Of a DNA stretch of 64,000 bases, positions 16,589 to 26,144 are shown piece after piece. Each line of letters starts with the position of its first letter. The first letter of the stretch is position 1. Position numbers and translations under genes: made by a program. Source of the DNA: Candidatus Micrarchaeota archaeon (GTDB lineage: Archaea > Micrarchaeota > Micrarchaeia > Micrarchaeales > Micrarchaeaceae); contig JAJYWI010000008.1 in NCBI GenBank assembly GCA_021791535.1, forward strand, positions 614 through 64,613, in the 5' to 3' direction. The notes under the pieces were generated by a model. The model searched no databases. It was not told the origin of the DNA and saw only the letters and a list, made by a program, of their open reading frames with translations.

Positions 16589-19049
16589 ATTCCTTCGCCT
16601 TACGCTAAAACCGGGTGCTTGTGTGCAGATAGATGGGGCAGTGCTGGACATAGACTACCTGGTAGGCGATGGCGGCAAGGCGGACATACGCATCACAGTG
16701 AAAGGCACCGATGGGAAGACATACGATATTTACGACAGGGATTTCAGGCCGTATTTCTATCTTTTGCCGAGCTCTAATATCAGTGCCGAGGAGCTGATGG
16801 CGGTTGCAGTGCCGGATGGAGGCTCTGTTGTAAGGGCTGATGCCGTTGAAAAGTGCAGGCGCAGGGTACTCGGCAAGGACGAAGACGTATTCAAGATAGT
16901 AGCCAGGGGGCCGATAAACGTGCCGAAGCTTAGCGGGGCGATGAGCAGGTTCGGCACATGCTACGAATTCGACATACCTTTCGCGAAAAGATATGCTATT
17001 GACAAGGACATTACCCCTTTGTCCAATTACACCATAACAGCTGCGAACGAAGGCGGGGCGCTTGTGCTCAGGGGCATGAAGCCGTCCAAGGACGGCTTGG
17101 ACGTCAAGCTCAACGTGATGTGCTTCGACATAGAGGTGTACAACCCGCTTGGCGTACCGAGGCCTAACAAGGACCAGGTGATAATGATAAGCTACGTGTA
17201 CAGGTCAAGGGGTGCGGAGGGCTCAGGGGTAATCACGTATAAGAGCATAAAGAGGGGCTTTGTGGAAGTCGTGAAGGACGAGAAGGAGCTGCTATCGGCT
17301 TTCGCGAACAAGGTAAAGGAGCTCGATATCGATGTGATAGCAGGATACAACTCCGCTAACTTCGACATAAAGTACCTCCTTGATAGGGCGCGCAGGCTGG
17401 GAGTGAAGTTCAACCTGAGCAGGTACGAGGGAGAAACGAGGCTGGAGAGCCACGGGCTGGTCCAGAGAGTAAAGATAGGCGGAGTGGTGCACGTGGATAT
17501 TTACCAAGTCGTGAAGTTCATATCCATAGTCGGGGCGTCTGAGAGCATACTCAAGCTGAACAGCTACACGCTGAAGAACGTCTACGAGGCTATAAGCGGA
17601 GGCAAGAAGACGACCGTGGATAAAATGAACATATACAGGCTGTGGGACGGCTCTGCCAAGGAGCTGGAGGAGCTTGCCGAGTATAACCTTAGCGACTCCC
17701 TCACGCTACAGGAAGTATACGACATGTTCATTCCGATAATGATAGAGATGGCGAGAACAACCGGGGATGTGCTCAGCGACACTGCAGTGTCTACCACAGG
17801 GCAGCTGGTAGACTACCTTTGCATGAGATACGCGAACAGGGCCGGTGAGATGATACCTAACAAGCCCGCAGAGGACGAGATAAGGAGCAGGTTGTTGAGC
17901 CCTATAGAGGGCGCGTACGTCAAGACACCAGAGCCCGGGATATACGAAAACCTGGCGATATTCGATTTCAGGGGTTTGTACCCATCGATAATAATATCGT
18001 ACAACATAGACCCGGCGACAATATGCCACGGCTGCGACGAGTACTATGAGTCGCCGCTTGGCACGAAGTTCGACAAGCTCAGGAAGGGCGTCATACCTGC
18101 GATACTGAAGATGCTGATAGACCAGAGGGCGAGCGTCAAGAAGCAGTACAAGAAGAGCCCCGATGACAAGTTCCTCGGCGCAAGGTCGTCGGCCCTGAAG
18201 ATCCTCTCAAATTCATTCTATGGTTACCTGGGCTACGCAAGGTCGCGCTGGTACTCCAGGGATTGCGCGGGCAGCGTCACCGCCTACGGAAGGCAGTACA
18301 TAAAGGATACAATACGGGCAGCGGAGGACTACGGCTTTAGGGTGCTTTACGCAGACACGGATTCCATAGTGTTCCTGCTGGGCGGCAAGACGAAGGATGA
18401 CGCACTTGCATTCCTGAAAGGGTTCAACTCAAAACTCCCGGAGAACATGGAGCTGGAGGTGGAAGACTTCTTTACCAGGGGGGTTTTCGTTGGCAAGAAG
18501 ACGGAGACGGGCGTGGCAGGAGCTAAGAAGAAGTACGCGATGATTTCGGAGTCAGGCAGGATCAAGATAAGGGGATTCGAGCTTGTAAGGAGGGACTGGT
18601 CATGGGTAGCGAGGGACACCCAGAAGAGGGTGCTCGAGGCCATACTCAAGGACGGCAGCGCCGAGAAGGCGGCACAGATCGTCAAGGAGGTTGTAAGGAG
18701 GCTCAGGGAGGGCAAGGTGCCGCTGAAGGACCTGGCGATAAACACGCAGCTCAGGAAGGGGATAGACAGCTACGACGCAAAGTCACCTGAGCTCGGTGCA
18801 GCTAGGAAGGCGGTGAAGGCTGGCCAGAAGACAAGGGACGAGGTGGAGGATGCTGTGATCAGCTATGTGATAACCAGGCACGGTTCCACGATATCTGACA
18901 AGGCCGAGCTGGAGGAGTTCGCCAGGGACTACGACCCTGACTACTACATAAACAACCAGGTGATACCTGCTACGATGAGAATACTTAAAGAGCTGAACTT
19001 CAATGAGGATGAGCTGAAAGGGCTAGGAACGCAGAAAAAGCTGATATGA
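16572..19049 (+). CDS. polB: Family B DNA polymerase
   Basis: Exo I motif CFDIEV; Pol motifs DFRGLYPSII, KILSNSFYGY, YADTDS. Start is uncertain (TTG 16572 or GTG 16623). Motifs are contiguous, so no intein. Confidence 0.9.
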   Translation: MRRRSRFLRLTLKPGACVQIDGAVLDIDYLVGDGGKADIRITVKGTDGKTYDIYDRDFRPYFYLLPSSNISAEELMAVAVPDGGSVVRADAVEKCRRRVLGKDEDVFKIVARGPINVPKLSGAMSRFGTCYEFDIPFAKRYAIDKDITPLSNYTITAANEGGALVLRGMKPSKDGLDVKLNVMCFDIEVYNPLGVPRPNKDQVIMISYVYRSRGAEGSGVITYKSIKRGFVEVVKDEKELLSAFANKVKELDIDVIAGYNSANFDIKYLLDRARRLGVKFNLSRYEGETRLESHGLVQRVKIGGVVHVDIYQVVKFISIVGASESILKLNSYTLKNVYEAISGGKKTTVDKMNIYRLWDGSAKELEELAEYNLSDSLTLQEVYDMFIPIMIEMARTTGDVLSDTAVSTTGQLVDYLCMRYANRAGEMIPNKPAEDEIRSRLLSPIEGAYVKTPEPGIYENLAIFDFRGLYPSIIISYNIDPATICHGCDEYYESPLGTKFDKLRKGVIPAILKMLIDQRASVKKQYKKSPDDKFLGARSSALKILSNSFYGYLGYARSRWYSRDCAGSVTAYGRQYIKDTIRAAEDYGFRVLYADTDSIVFLLGGKTKDDALAFLKGFNSKLPENMELEVEDFFTRGVFVGKKTETGVAGAKKKYAMISESGRIKIRGFELVRRDWSWVARDTQKRVLEAILKDGSAEKAAQIVKEVVRRLREGKVPLKDLAINTQLRKGIDSYDAKSPELGAARKAVKAGQKTRDEVEDAVISYVITRHGSTISDKAELEEFARDYDPDYYINNQVIPATMRILKELNFNEDELKGLGTQKKLI

Positions 19050-19498
19050 TGGAAACCGATGTTAGGTTCTTCGTGGGCGTCAAAGCGCTAATCAAGAACA
19101 AGCGCGGGCAGTTCCTGCTCCTTAAATCCGGGCCGCTGGAGCTTAAATCCACGAAAAGGAAGACACCGTTTTGGGACCTCCCAGGCGGGAAGATCAGGAT
19201 TGGCGAACTGGACGCAACAAAGACGCTGATTAGGGAGGTTGTAGAGGAGTTGGGCGTTAAAAGAGGCGCAATCAAGGTAAGGAGGCTTATGGACGCCTCT
19301 GTTTCGCGCTTCAAGATCCAGCACGGGAAGAGAATACCGCTTTTCCTTGTTACGTTCGAATGTACCATGAATGCCAGGACGTTTAAACTCACCGATGAGC
19401 ACGAACGCTTTAGCTGGGTACCGAGACAGAAAGCGGCAGAGCTGCTCAGCATAAAGTTTAACAGGTCGTTTGTAGATAGGCTGAAGAAGGATGTTTGA
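19046..19498 (+). CDS. Nudix hydrolase
   Basis: Nudix box GGKIRIGELDATKTLIREVVEELG. ATGA overlap with the polB stop. Confidence 0.8.
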   Translation: MMETDVRFFVGVKALIKNKRGQFLLLKSGPLELKSTKRKTPFWDLPGGKIRIGELDATKTLIREVVEELGVKRGAIKVRRLMDASVSRFKIQHGKRIPLFLVTFECTMNARTFKLTDEHERFSWVPRQKAAELLSIKFNRSFVDRLKKDV

Positions 19499-19499
19499 C

Positions 19500-20402
19500 A
19501 TGGCAGAAGACAAAACAGACATTAAGGCAATCGAGGAAGTTGGCGCCATCTCCTACAAGGCGCTGATCATGGCGAGGGACCTAGTGAAGCCTGGTGTGAA
19601 GCTCATTGATGTCGCAAACAAGGTGGAGGGCTTCCTGAAGGAACAGGGCTACGGCGCCGCGTTCCCGCTTAACCTGTCGGTTAACGACCAAGCAGCCCAC
19701 TATACGCCGACGCTGGACGATGAAGCCGCGTTCGGCGAGAAAGATGTTGTGAAGGTTGACTTCGGTGCTGAGAAGAACGGCGTGTTGGGCGATTGCGCCC
19801 TTACGGTTGATCTATCAGGCAACAGCCAGAAGCTTGTAGAGGCATCCATGGATGCACTCCAGAATGCGATATCTACAGTAAAGGCAGGTGTAGAGGTGCA
19901 CAAGATAGGCGCAGAAATAGAGAAGACGATTACAGCGAGGGGGTTCGTGCCAATAAGGAACCTGGGCGGGCACACAGTGAAGGCCCACGAGTTGCACTCC
20001 GACATATTCATACCGAACTATGACAACGGGGACGACACAAAGCTTGAGGAGGGCATGGTAGTCGCCATCGAGCCGTTCGCGACGAACGGGGATGGCATGG
20101 TCAAGGACAGCGACATATGCGAGATCTACAGCTTTGATACTGAGGTAGGCGTAAGGCTGAAGGAGGCGAGGCTGATCCAGGAAGAGATAAAGAAGAGCTA
20201 TTCGCATGAGCCTTTCGCTGCACGCTGGCTTTCCGCGGTTGTGCCGTCAAGCTTCGGCCTGTATGCGGGTATGGCCGAGCTTGCGAGGTCTGGAGCGCTT
20301 ACGAGATACCCTACGCTTGTGGAGACAGCGCAGGGGATTGTTGCACAATCAGAGCTCGAGATACTTGTGGAAAAGGACAGCTGCAGGATACTTACAAGAT
20401 AA
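19500..20402 (+). CDS. map: Methionine aminopeptidase, type 2 (archaeal)
   Basis: Pita-bread fold signatures: DVVKVDFGA, GHTV, VAIEPF. An alternative ATG at 19491 overlaps the Nudix stop. Confidence 0.9.
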   Translation: MAEDKTDIKAIEEVGAISYKALIMARDLVKPGVKLIDVANKVEGFLKEQGYGAAFPLNLSVNDQAAHYTPTLDDEAAFGEKDVVKVDFGAEKNGVLGDCALTVDLSGNSQKLVEASMDALQNAISTVKAGVEVHKIGAEIEKTITARGFVPIRNLGGHTVKAHELHSDIFIPNYDNGDDTKLEEGMVVAIEPFATNGDGMVKDSDICEIYSFDTEVGVRLKEARLIQEEIKKSYSHEPFAARWLSAVVPSSFGLYAGMAELARSGALTRYPTLVETAQGIVAQSELEILVEKDSCRILTR

Positions 20403-20416
20403 TCAAATTTTTGATT
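20401..20416 (+). terminator. Hairpin aatcaa-attt-ttgatt overlapping the map stop codon, within an AT-rich spacer
   Basis: Perfect 6-bp inverted repeat with a T-rich loop and flank. Function is inferred only. Confidence 0.25.
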
Positions 20417-20459
20417 CGAAACTAATATATATCTGAAAAATAGACGATATTAGATTATC

Positions 20460-21059
20460 ATGACTGGTTCTAGGGAAGCTACCATAAGTGCTGTAAATGA
20501 TCGGCGAGAAGATGAAGAGGCCGCATTGACAGTTCTCCTGAGAGACACGCATAAATCGGCGGATGCATTTATAGCGACTTTCGGGCCGGCAGTATCGGAT
20601 AGCCTAATGCTTCTATTTGACAGATGGACCGGAGAGGGCGGACCTGTGGGTGGCTTGGAGTTACCGATATCAGAAGTTGTTGATTCTCTAGAGGATATCG
20701 GGAGGGCATTACAATCTGCATCAGCTGAGGATCGCCAACGCTTGATACAAAAAGTGCTTTCTATTGCAAATGAGATTCGGGATGAATCTATAGACGGCCT
20801 TAATGATATGCGTAGATTCATAAGATCGTTTGCAAATGTTGCTAGGGAGTTGTATATGGCCGGGGATGCCTACTTTGCACCCGAAGAGAAGGCGCACCAA
20901 ACAGCCTATTTCTTGAAAGAGCTTTTAGAGCTATCGGGAAGGTTTTCGAGGGATGCACCTGATGATTTGGTGAATATGCTTGACGGTATATTCGTAAACA
21001 CCATAAGACTGTCAAGAAGCATAGACATGCCTTTTAGAGTCCTCAATAGTATATTTTAG
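20460..21059 (+). CDS. Hypothetical all-helical protein (orphan; visibly more A/T-ending codons than neighbours)
   Basis: ORF of 199 aa with no motif recognised. Its stop overlaps the convergent nrdJ stop by 3 nt (21056-21059). Confidence 0.5.
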   Translation: MTGSREATISAVNDRREDEEAALTVLLRDTHKSADAFIATFGPAVSDSLMLLFDRWTGEGGPVGGLELPISEVVDSLEDIGRALQSASAEDRQRLIQKVLSIANEIRDESIDGLNDMRRFIRSFANVARELYMAGDAYFAPEEKAHQTAYFLKELLELSGRFSRDAPDDLVNMLDGIFVNTIRLSRSIDMPFRVLNSIF

Positions 21060-23341
21060 CCGCACTCGCTGTGGCCGCACTTCGTGCATGTGAAGCAGCC
21101 AGATGCTGCCACCATTGTGGATCCGCAGTCCGGGCATGCGGCGCCTGGTTTCGATGACATGACATAACTGCCAGCTCCTTCCCTTATTGCAGCGATTGTC
21201 ATGCCCTTGGCTTCCTCATTCTTCTCCATGTGCCTCTTCTTGACTTCGGTGAAGTCCCCAATCTGCTGCTGCTTCTCCTTGTCGACCGCCTGCAGCACCT
21301 GCACGTTCTTGGAGCTGTCCCTGTAGACCGTTATGCCCTTGCAGCCAAGCTGGTATGCGGCCCTGTATGCTGTCTCGATGTCCTGCGGAGTGGCCCAGCT
21401 CGGGAAGTTTATCGTCTTGGATACGCCGTTGTCGGTGTACTTCTGGAAGGCAGCCTGCATCTTCACGTGCCATTCGGGCGCTATGTCATATGCCGTGACG
21501 AAGAGCTTCCTTTCCTCGGCCGGCACAGCCTCGACATCCTGTATAGATACCCTGCCTGCAAGGCTCTTCATCAATTCCTCCGAATAGTATCCGTTCTCCA
21601 GCGACCTTTGCTCGAACTCGTTGTTCACCTCGATGAGATTGTACCCAAGGCTCTCGTGCACGTTCCTCATGTATACCACAGAGAAGATCGGCTCTATGCC
21701 CTGCGATGTCCCTCCTGCGATTATGCTTATCGTTCCTGTCGGTGCTATCGTAGTTACGGTGGAGTTCCTCAGCGGCTTGTAACCGAGCTTGTACCAGATG
21801 CTCTCCTTGAACGCCGGGAATGGGCCCCTTTCTTCCGCCAGCTCCTGGCTCATCTTGCGTCCCTGCTCCGATATGAATGACATGACCTGCTCTGCAAGGA
21901 GCAGAGCCTCGTTGCTGTTGTAGCGTATGCCGAGCTTTATGAGCATGTCGGCCCATCCCATCACGCCGAGGCCTATCCTCCTTATCGCCTGAACGACATC
22001 GGATATCTCCTTGAGCGGGTAGCTGTTCGCGTCGATTACGTCATCGAGGAACCTCACTCCCATCCTGGTTATCCTCTTCAGCTCGTCCCAGTCGACCTCG
22101 AAGTGGTGGTCGACCGGCTTGACCATCATTGCGAGGTTTATCGATCCCAGGTTGCACGCATCAAATGGATAGAGCGGCTGTTCTCCGCATGGATTAGTCG
22201 ACTCAACTGGCCCGTAAGCAGGCACTGGATTCGCGAAGCTGGCATTTATCCTGTCGAGGAAGACAAGCCCGGGGTCGCCGGTCTTCCACGCCATTGTCAC
22301 TATAAGGTTCCATACCGCTCTTGCGTTAAGCCTGGCCACCACCTTGTTGTTCCTCGGGTTTATCAGATCGTAGTCCTTGTTGTCCTGCAGCGCCTTCATG
22401 AACATGTCGGTTATAGCGACGGATATGTTGAAGTTCTTGAGAACCCCCTCGGTCTCCTTCAGCATTATGAAGTCAAGTATGTCGGGGTGGTCCACTCTCA
22501 GTATGCCCATGTTCGCTCCCCGCCGCTTGCCCCCCTGCTTCACCTGTTCGGTAGCGAAGTCGAACACCTTCATGAATGGGATCGGCCCTGAGGATATGCC
22601 GCTTGATCCCTTTACAACGTCGTTGTGCGGCCTCAGCCTTGAGAACGCGAACCCGGTACCGCCGCCGGTCTTGTGTATTATAGCTGCATATTTCACGGCA
22701 TCGAATATCTCTACCATCGAGTCGCCAACTGGTATTACGAAGCACGCGCTGAGCTGCCCTGAAGGGACGCCTGCGTTCATGAGCGTCGGCGAATTGGGCA
22801 TGAACCTGAACGATGACATCGCATCGAAGAACTCCTTGGCCATCGCATCTACCTGCTCCTGGCTCTTGCTGTATCTTTTCTCGGATGCTGAGACAGCGCG
22901 CGCCACCCTTTCGAAGAGCTGCTTAGGAGTCTCTACTATCTTCAGGTTCTCATCCTTGAGCAGGTACCTTGCCGCAAGCACCATCAGGCTGTTAATCGGC
23001 AGTTTCAGGTCATCGTCAACTATTCCAAGCGATGCCTTGAACGCCCTCACGCTCGCCCTCTTCTGCCTGTAGAGTATGTAGCACTTCGCTACGCTTGCAT
23101 CCTGCTCCATGAGTGCCTTCTCGACTATGTCCTGGATCTCCTCCACGTTCCACTCTTCCTTGTTTGTTGTGCTTATTACCTCAACGACCGCCTTTGCCGC
23201 CTTTTTCGCTTCGGAGAGGTTCTGCTCATGCGGCCTCTCCATGTATACGTTGTTGTACGCCTTGTTTATCGCGTTTATGATCTTTTTTTCGTCGAATTCG
23301 GTTCTTTGCCCGTTTCTCTTTATAACAGATTTGTCCCCCAT
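21056..23341 (-). CDS. nrdJ: Class II (adenosylcobalamin-dependent) ribonucleoside-triphosphate/diphosphate reductase with ATP-cone and C-terminal zinc ribbon
   Basis: N-terminal ATP-cone VIKRNGQRTEFDEKKI; active-site block NPCGEQPLYPFDACNLGSINL; C-terminal CPDCGS...CTKCGHSEC. Start is placed at the MGDKS ATG at 23341. Confidence 0.9.
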   Translation of the reverse strand: MGDKSVIKRNGQRTEFDEKKIINAINKAYNNVYMERPHEQNLSEAKKAAKAVVEVISTTNKEEWNVEEIQDIVEKALMEQDASVAKCYILYRQKRASVRAFKASLGIVDDDLKLPINSLMVLAARYLLKDENLKIVETPKQLFERVARAVSASEKRYSKSQEQVDAMAKEFFDAMSSFRFMPNSPTLMNAGVPSGQLSACFVIPVGDSMVEIFDAVKYAAIIHKTGGGTGFAFSRLRPHNDVVKGSSGISSGPIPFMKVFDFATEQVKQGGKRRGANMGILRVDHPDILDFIMLKETEGVLKNFNISVAITDMFMKALQDNKDYDLINPRNNKVVARLNARAVWNLIVTMAWKTGDPGLVFLDRINASFANPVPAYGPVESTNPCGEQPLYPFDACNLGSINLAMMVKPVDHHFEVDWDELKRITRMGVRFLDDVIDANSYPLKEISDVVQAIRRIGLGVMGWADMLIKLGIRYNSNEALLLAEQVMSFISEQGRKMSQELAEERGPFPAFKESIWYKLGYKPLRNSTVTTIAPTGTISIIAGGTSQGIEPIFSVVYMRNVHESLGYNLIEVNNEFEQRSLENGYYSEELMKSLAGRVSIQDVEAVPAEERKLFVTAYDIAPEWHVKMQAAFQKYTDNGVSKTINFPSWATPQDIETAYRAAYQLGCKGITVYRDSSKNVQVLQAVDKEKQQQIGDFTEVKKRHMEKNEEAKGMTIAAIREGAGSYVMSSKPGAACPDCGSTMVAASGCFTCTKCGHSECG

Positions 23342-23512
23342 ATAAACCCCGATAAAAAATTTGCGCGCTAGGATATGGAAAGAAGGTTTAAAAATAGTTC
23401 CAACTACTTTTGTGTAATTTGATATTCGTTCTTGACTTTTCTGATACATTTGCGCGCAGCGCAATGGCTTTTAATGCTTTTGCAGCAATTATGGTATCTG
23501 ATTCGTGGGTGC

Positions 23513-23653
23513 ATGAAGACAAGATGCCTCTCTTGCGGTTTTGTTCTATCTTGTAGCGACGGAAGCTGCGCGGCAGGGCAGGAGTGCCCGAACTGCGGAA
23601 GGATTATACCGGATATTACTGTGGGAAATGTTCTGCTTTACAACATTGATTAG
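23513..23653 (+). CDS. Possible small zinc-ribbon protein (46 aa)
   Basis: Two CxxC pairs: CLSCG...CPNCG. The internal ATG of track ORF 23432-23653 is used as start. Confidence 0.35.
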   Translation: MKTRCLSCGFVLSCSDGSCAAGQECPNCGRIIPDITVGNVLLYNID

Positions 23654-24117
23654 CGCTTCGAGCTCGCAGTTACCTCGATGTCGTCGCACGCTTGCGTGAA
23701 CTCCTTGCACATCTCGTCCCATACAGACTTGTATAGGGATTGGTTCTGCGGCTCTACTGTGAAAAAGAGCCATGTGGAGAAGGCCTGGGCCGATATTCCC
23801 TTGCTAAGCACCTCGTTTATGTCGGCTGCGGTTACGTTCTTCCACCTGGTGGTGAGAGCCTGCCTGTATTCTTCCTTAACATCATCGCTGTTGAGGTTTG
23901 CCAGCCCGTCCATTAGGTGCTGGTGTGTCTTCCAGGATTGGCTTGATGTTAGTGATGCGACCAGAACTGCCATTATCTCTGCACGTTTCTCATCCTTTGT
24001 TAGGTCGCTGTTCTGTTTCTGTGAAAGGTGGTGGATTTTTGTCGCGAGAACGTCATATTTTGTTACATTGTGTTTCAACGGCATTCTCTTTTCCTCCAAA
24101 AATTTATTAACACCCAT
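23650..24117 (-). CDS. Hypothetical protein
   Basis: ORF of 155 aa, helical composition, no motif recognised. Shares a TATA-like tttataag element (24172-24180) with the divergent gene. Confidence 0.45.
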   Translation of the reverse strand: MGVNKFLEEKRMPLKHNVTKYDVLATKIHHLSQKQNSDLTKDEKRAEIMAVLVASLTSSQSWKTHQHLMDGLANLNSDDVKEEYRQALTTRWKNVTAADINEVLSKGISAQAFSTWLFFTVEPQNQSLYKSVWDEMCKEFTQACDDIEVTASSKR

Positions 24118-24230
24118 GTGTTAACTTCTTTTCAGAGCCTGAACTTGTCTGTATAGTGCTTTGAAAGGAGAATTTATAAGCATGTATGCTAATGAGCTTA
24201 TGCGACAGTTGCCAGTTCGGGTGCGGAAAA

Positions 24231-24641
24231 ATGGGACTATTCAACCTTTTTGGCAAGAAAGATGTATCAGAATTGGTGAACAACTCACCGTTTAGGCTGG
24301 CGACAGTTTGGGTCCCCTACACCTTGCAGTCAAACAGGAACAGCTCGTGCGCGCTAAACGTTAAAATAAAGAACGTGATGCAGGAGCCGCTGCTCACCTC
24401 GATTGTAGTCGAGCTTCCGCAGACCCTCGGCTTTGAGAAGAACGTGTTTACGAAGGAGAGGGAGGTCAGGATAGGCGAATTGATGCCAGGCGAGGAGAAA
24501 GAGGTCAACGTTGAGGTATTCGGCGGCATGAAATCCGACCCTGGCGAATACACTGTCATGATTACCGCAATGGCGCACTACAGGGACTACGGCCACGTGA
24601 TCAATGCTGTGAAGAAAAGGACGCTCTTGAAGGTCGTGTGA
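24231..24641 (+). CDS. Hypothetical beta-sandwich-like protein with an N-terminal amphipathic MGLFNLFGKK motif
   Basis: GEEKEVNVEVFGG...PGEYTVMITA resembles CARDB-like strands. TATA-like element lies about 55 nt upstream of this ATG. Confidence 0.5.
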   Translation: MGLFNLFGKKDVSELVNNSPFRLATVWVPYTLQSNRNSSCALNVKIKNVMQEPLLTSIVVELPQTLGFEKNVFTKEREVRIGELMPGEEKEVNVEVFGGMKSDPGEYTVMITAMAHYRDYGHVINAVKKRTLLKVV

Positions 24642-24644
24642 ACG

Positions 24645-25016
24645 TTATTCCCTTTTCTCCTTCTCTGGTTCCTTTGCCTTCTCCCTTTCCTGCTCCTTCT
24701 TCTGCTGCTGCCCAACTATCCCGTATATGCCTGAGATCAGGTCTGCCACCTGCATCCCCTTATCTGTGAGCCTGATCGTCTTTACCCTTCCGCGTCGCTC
24801 GCTCTCAGTAAGGCCTTTGCTCTCGCATGCGGTTATGAATTTGCAGGCGTGGACGTACGTTGTCCCTGTGGCTTTGGCAAGCGATGAGAGGTACCACTCC
24901 TGATCCTTCGATTTCAGCGATAGGATTATCCTTGCCTGCTTGTCCTTGAGTATTATTACCTCTCCCTTTGGAGCTTCCGGAGCTCTATCCTTTTGCTCGG
25001 TTTTCTGCTCTGCCAT
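24645..25016 (-). CDS. Winged-helix DNA-binding protein with a charged K/E tail
   Basis: Pattern WYLSSLAKATGTTYVHACKFI...GLTESERRGRVKTIRLTDKG is MarR/wHTH-like. TATA-like tatttatag lies about 25 nt upstream, so the mRNA is possibly leaderless. Confidence 0.55.
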   Translation of the reverse strand: MAEQKTEQKDRAPEAPKGEVIILKDKQARIILSLKSKDQEWYLSSLAKATGTTYVHACKFITACESKGLTESERRGRVKTIRLTDKGMQVADLISGIYGIVGQQQKKEQEREKAKEPEKEKRE

Positions 25017-25142
25017 GATGGACTTTCCCGCTTCACCTATAAATACTGTTTGGCTTCCTTCCGCTAAACTTCTTTACGAGGAGAAAGCATAAGATTATTA
25101 AATTGTTTTGGTATATAGCTAAGAGCGACTAAAGGTGTGTGC

Positions 25143-25394
25143 ATGGTAAAATACATCATTGCGAAACAACTGGTAGGGAAACGCGTGGTAACGACAGACG
25201 GATACGACCTTGGGAGGTTTGTCGACGCCGAGATAAGCGAAGTGACAGGCAAGATCAATGCTATGCTTGTAGAGCCGAGCTTGGACGGCGGATTGGCGAA
25301 CAAGGTCAAAGTAGATGGCGGCACTGTGAGGGTGCCATACAGCTCTGTCAAGGCTGTCAACGATTTCATCGTAGTTGATAGGAAGGACCTGTAA
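25143..25394 (+). CDS. PRC-barrel domain protein
   Basis: LVGKRVVTTDGYDLGRFVDAEI...VPYSSVKAVNDFIVV is typical of archaeal PRC-barrel proteins. SD-like aaaggtg lies upstream. Confidence 0.65.
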   Translation: MVKYIIAKQLVGKRVVTTDGYDLGRFVDAEISEVTGKINAMLVEPSLDGGLANKVKVDGGTVRVPYSSVKAVNDFIVVDRKDL

Positions 25395-25436
25395 TCTGCT
25401 TATCCTGGCTCGTTGCCTTCTGTGAGGTGTGCTGTT

Positions 25437-26132
25437 ATGATAATCTGCGGCGGCGACGAGGCCGGAAGGGGTGCACTGATTGGACCTCTAGTCGTAGCCA
25501 TCGTGTCTGTAAGGAAGAGCAATGAGCACAAGCTTGCAGAGATAGGCGTGAGGGACTCGAAGCTCCTCTCTAGAAGGAGGCGCGAGAACCTCTACGATGC
25601 AATAAAGGGCATAGCCCAGGACGTAAAGGTCAGCAAGATCTACCCTAAGGAGATAAACGAGGCCATGCGGAGCGGAGTGTCGCTGAACGAGCTCGAGGCG
25701 ACACACTTCGCAAAGCTTTTCGACAGGCTCAGCGGCCAGGTCGGCTCGCTCTACCTTGATTCCCCGGACGTGATAGCAGAGAAGTTCGGGATGCGGGTGA
25801 ACATGCTATCAAAGAAGCCTACGAGAGTAAAGGGCATAAGCCAGAAGGGTGTGGGGACTGGGAGCTACACAAAGGTGATAGCAGAGCACAAGGCTGATTC
25901 AAAATATCCGGTCGTATCTGCTGCAAGCATAATAGCGAAGGTGGAGAGGGACTGGGAGATAGACAGGATTGCGGACGAGGTTGGCATAGACCTTGGCTCT
26001 GGTTACCCGGCGGATGCATATACCATAGGCGCGATAAAGGAGAACCTGAAGAGCGAGGTGCTCAAGCGGCACATAAGGCAGTACTGGCAGACGATGGACG
26101 AAATCAAGCAGACCAGGCTTGTGAATTTCTAG
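25437..26132 (+). CDS. rnhB: Ribonuclease HII
   Basis: GGDEAGRGALIGPLVVA catalytic motif, DSKLLS, and SAASIIAKVERD. Confidence 0.85.
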   Translation: MIICGGDEAGRGALIGPLVVAIVSVRKSNEHKLAEIGVRDSKLLSRRRRENLYDAIKGIAQDVKVSKIYPKEINEAMRSGVSLNELEATHFAKLFDRLSGQVGSLYLDSPDVIAEKFGMRVNMLSKKPTRVKGISQKGVGTGSYTKVIAEHKADSKYPVVSAASIIAKVERDWEIDRIADEVGIDLGSGYPADAYTIGAIKENLKSEVLKRHIRQYWQTMDEIKQTRLVNF

Positions 26133-26144
26133 AGTTGATGATGG

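Noticed and set aside
23342-23464. N-terminal extension of the nrdJ ORF (MRCAQMYQKSQ...)
   Set aside because: The extension covers the AT-rich TATA-containing region. The ATP-cone begins right after the internal MGDKS ATG at 23341.
25017-25031. gggaaagtcc on the minus strand, resembling the RNase P RNA CR-I motif GGAAAGUCC
   Set aside because: It overlaps the start codon of the wHTH gene. The surrounding intergenic space (about 120 nt) is far too short for RNase P RNA, and no other conserved regions were seen.
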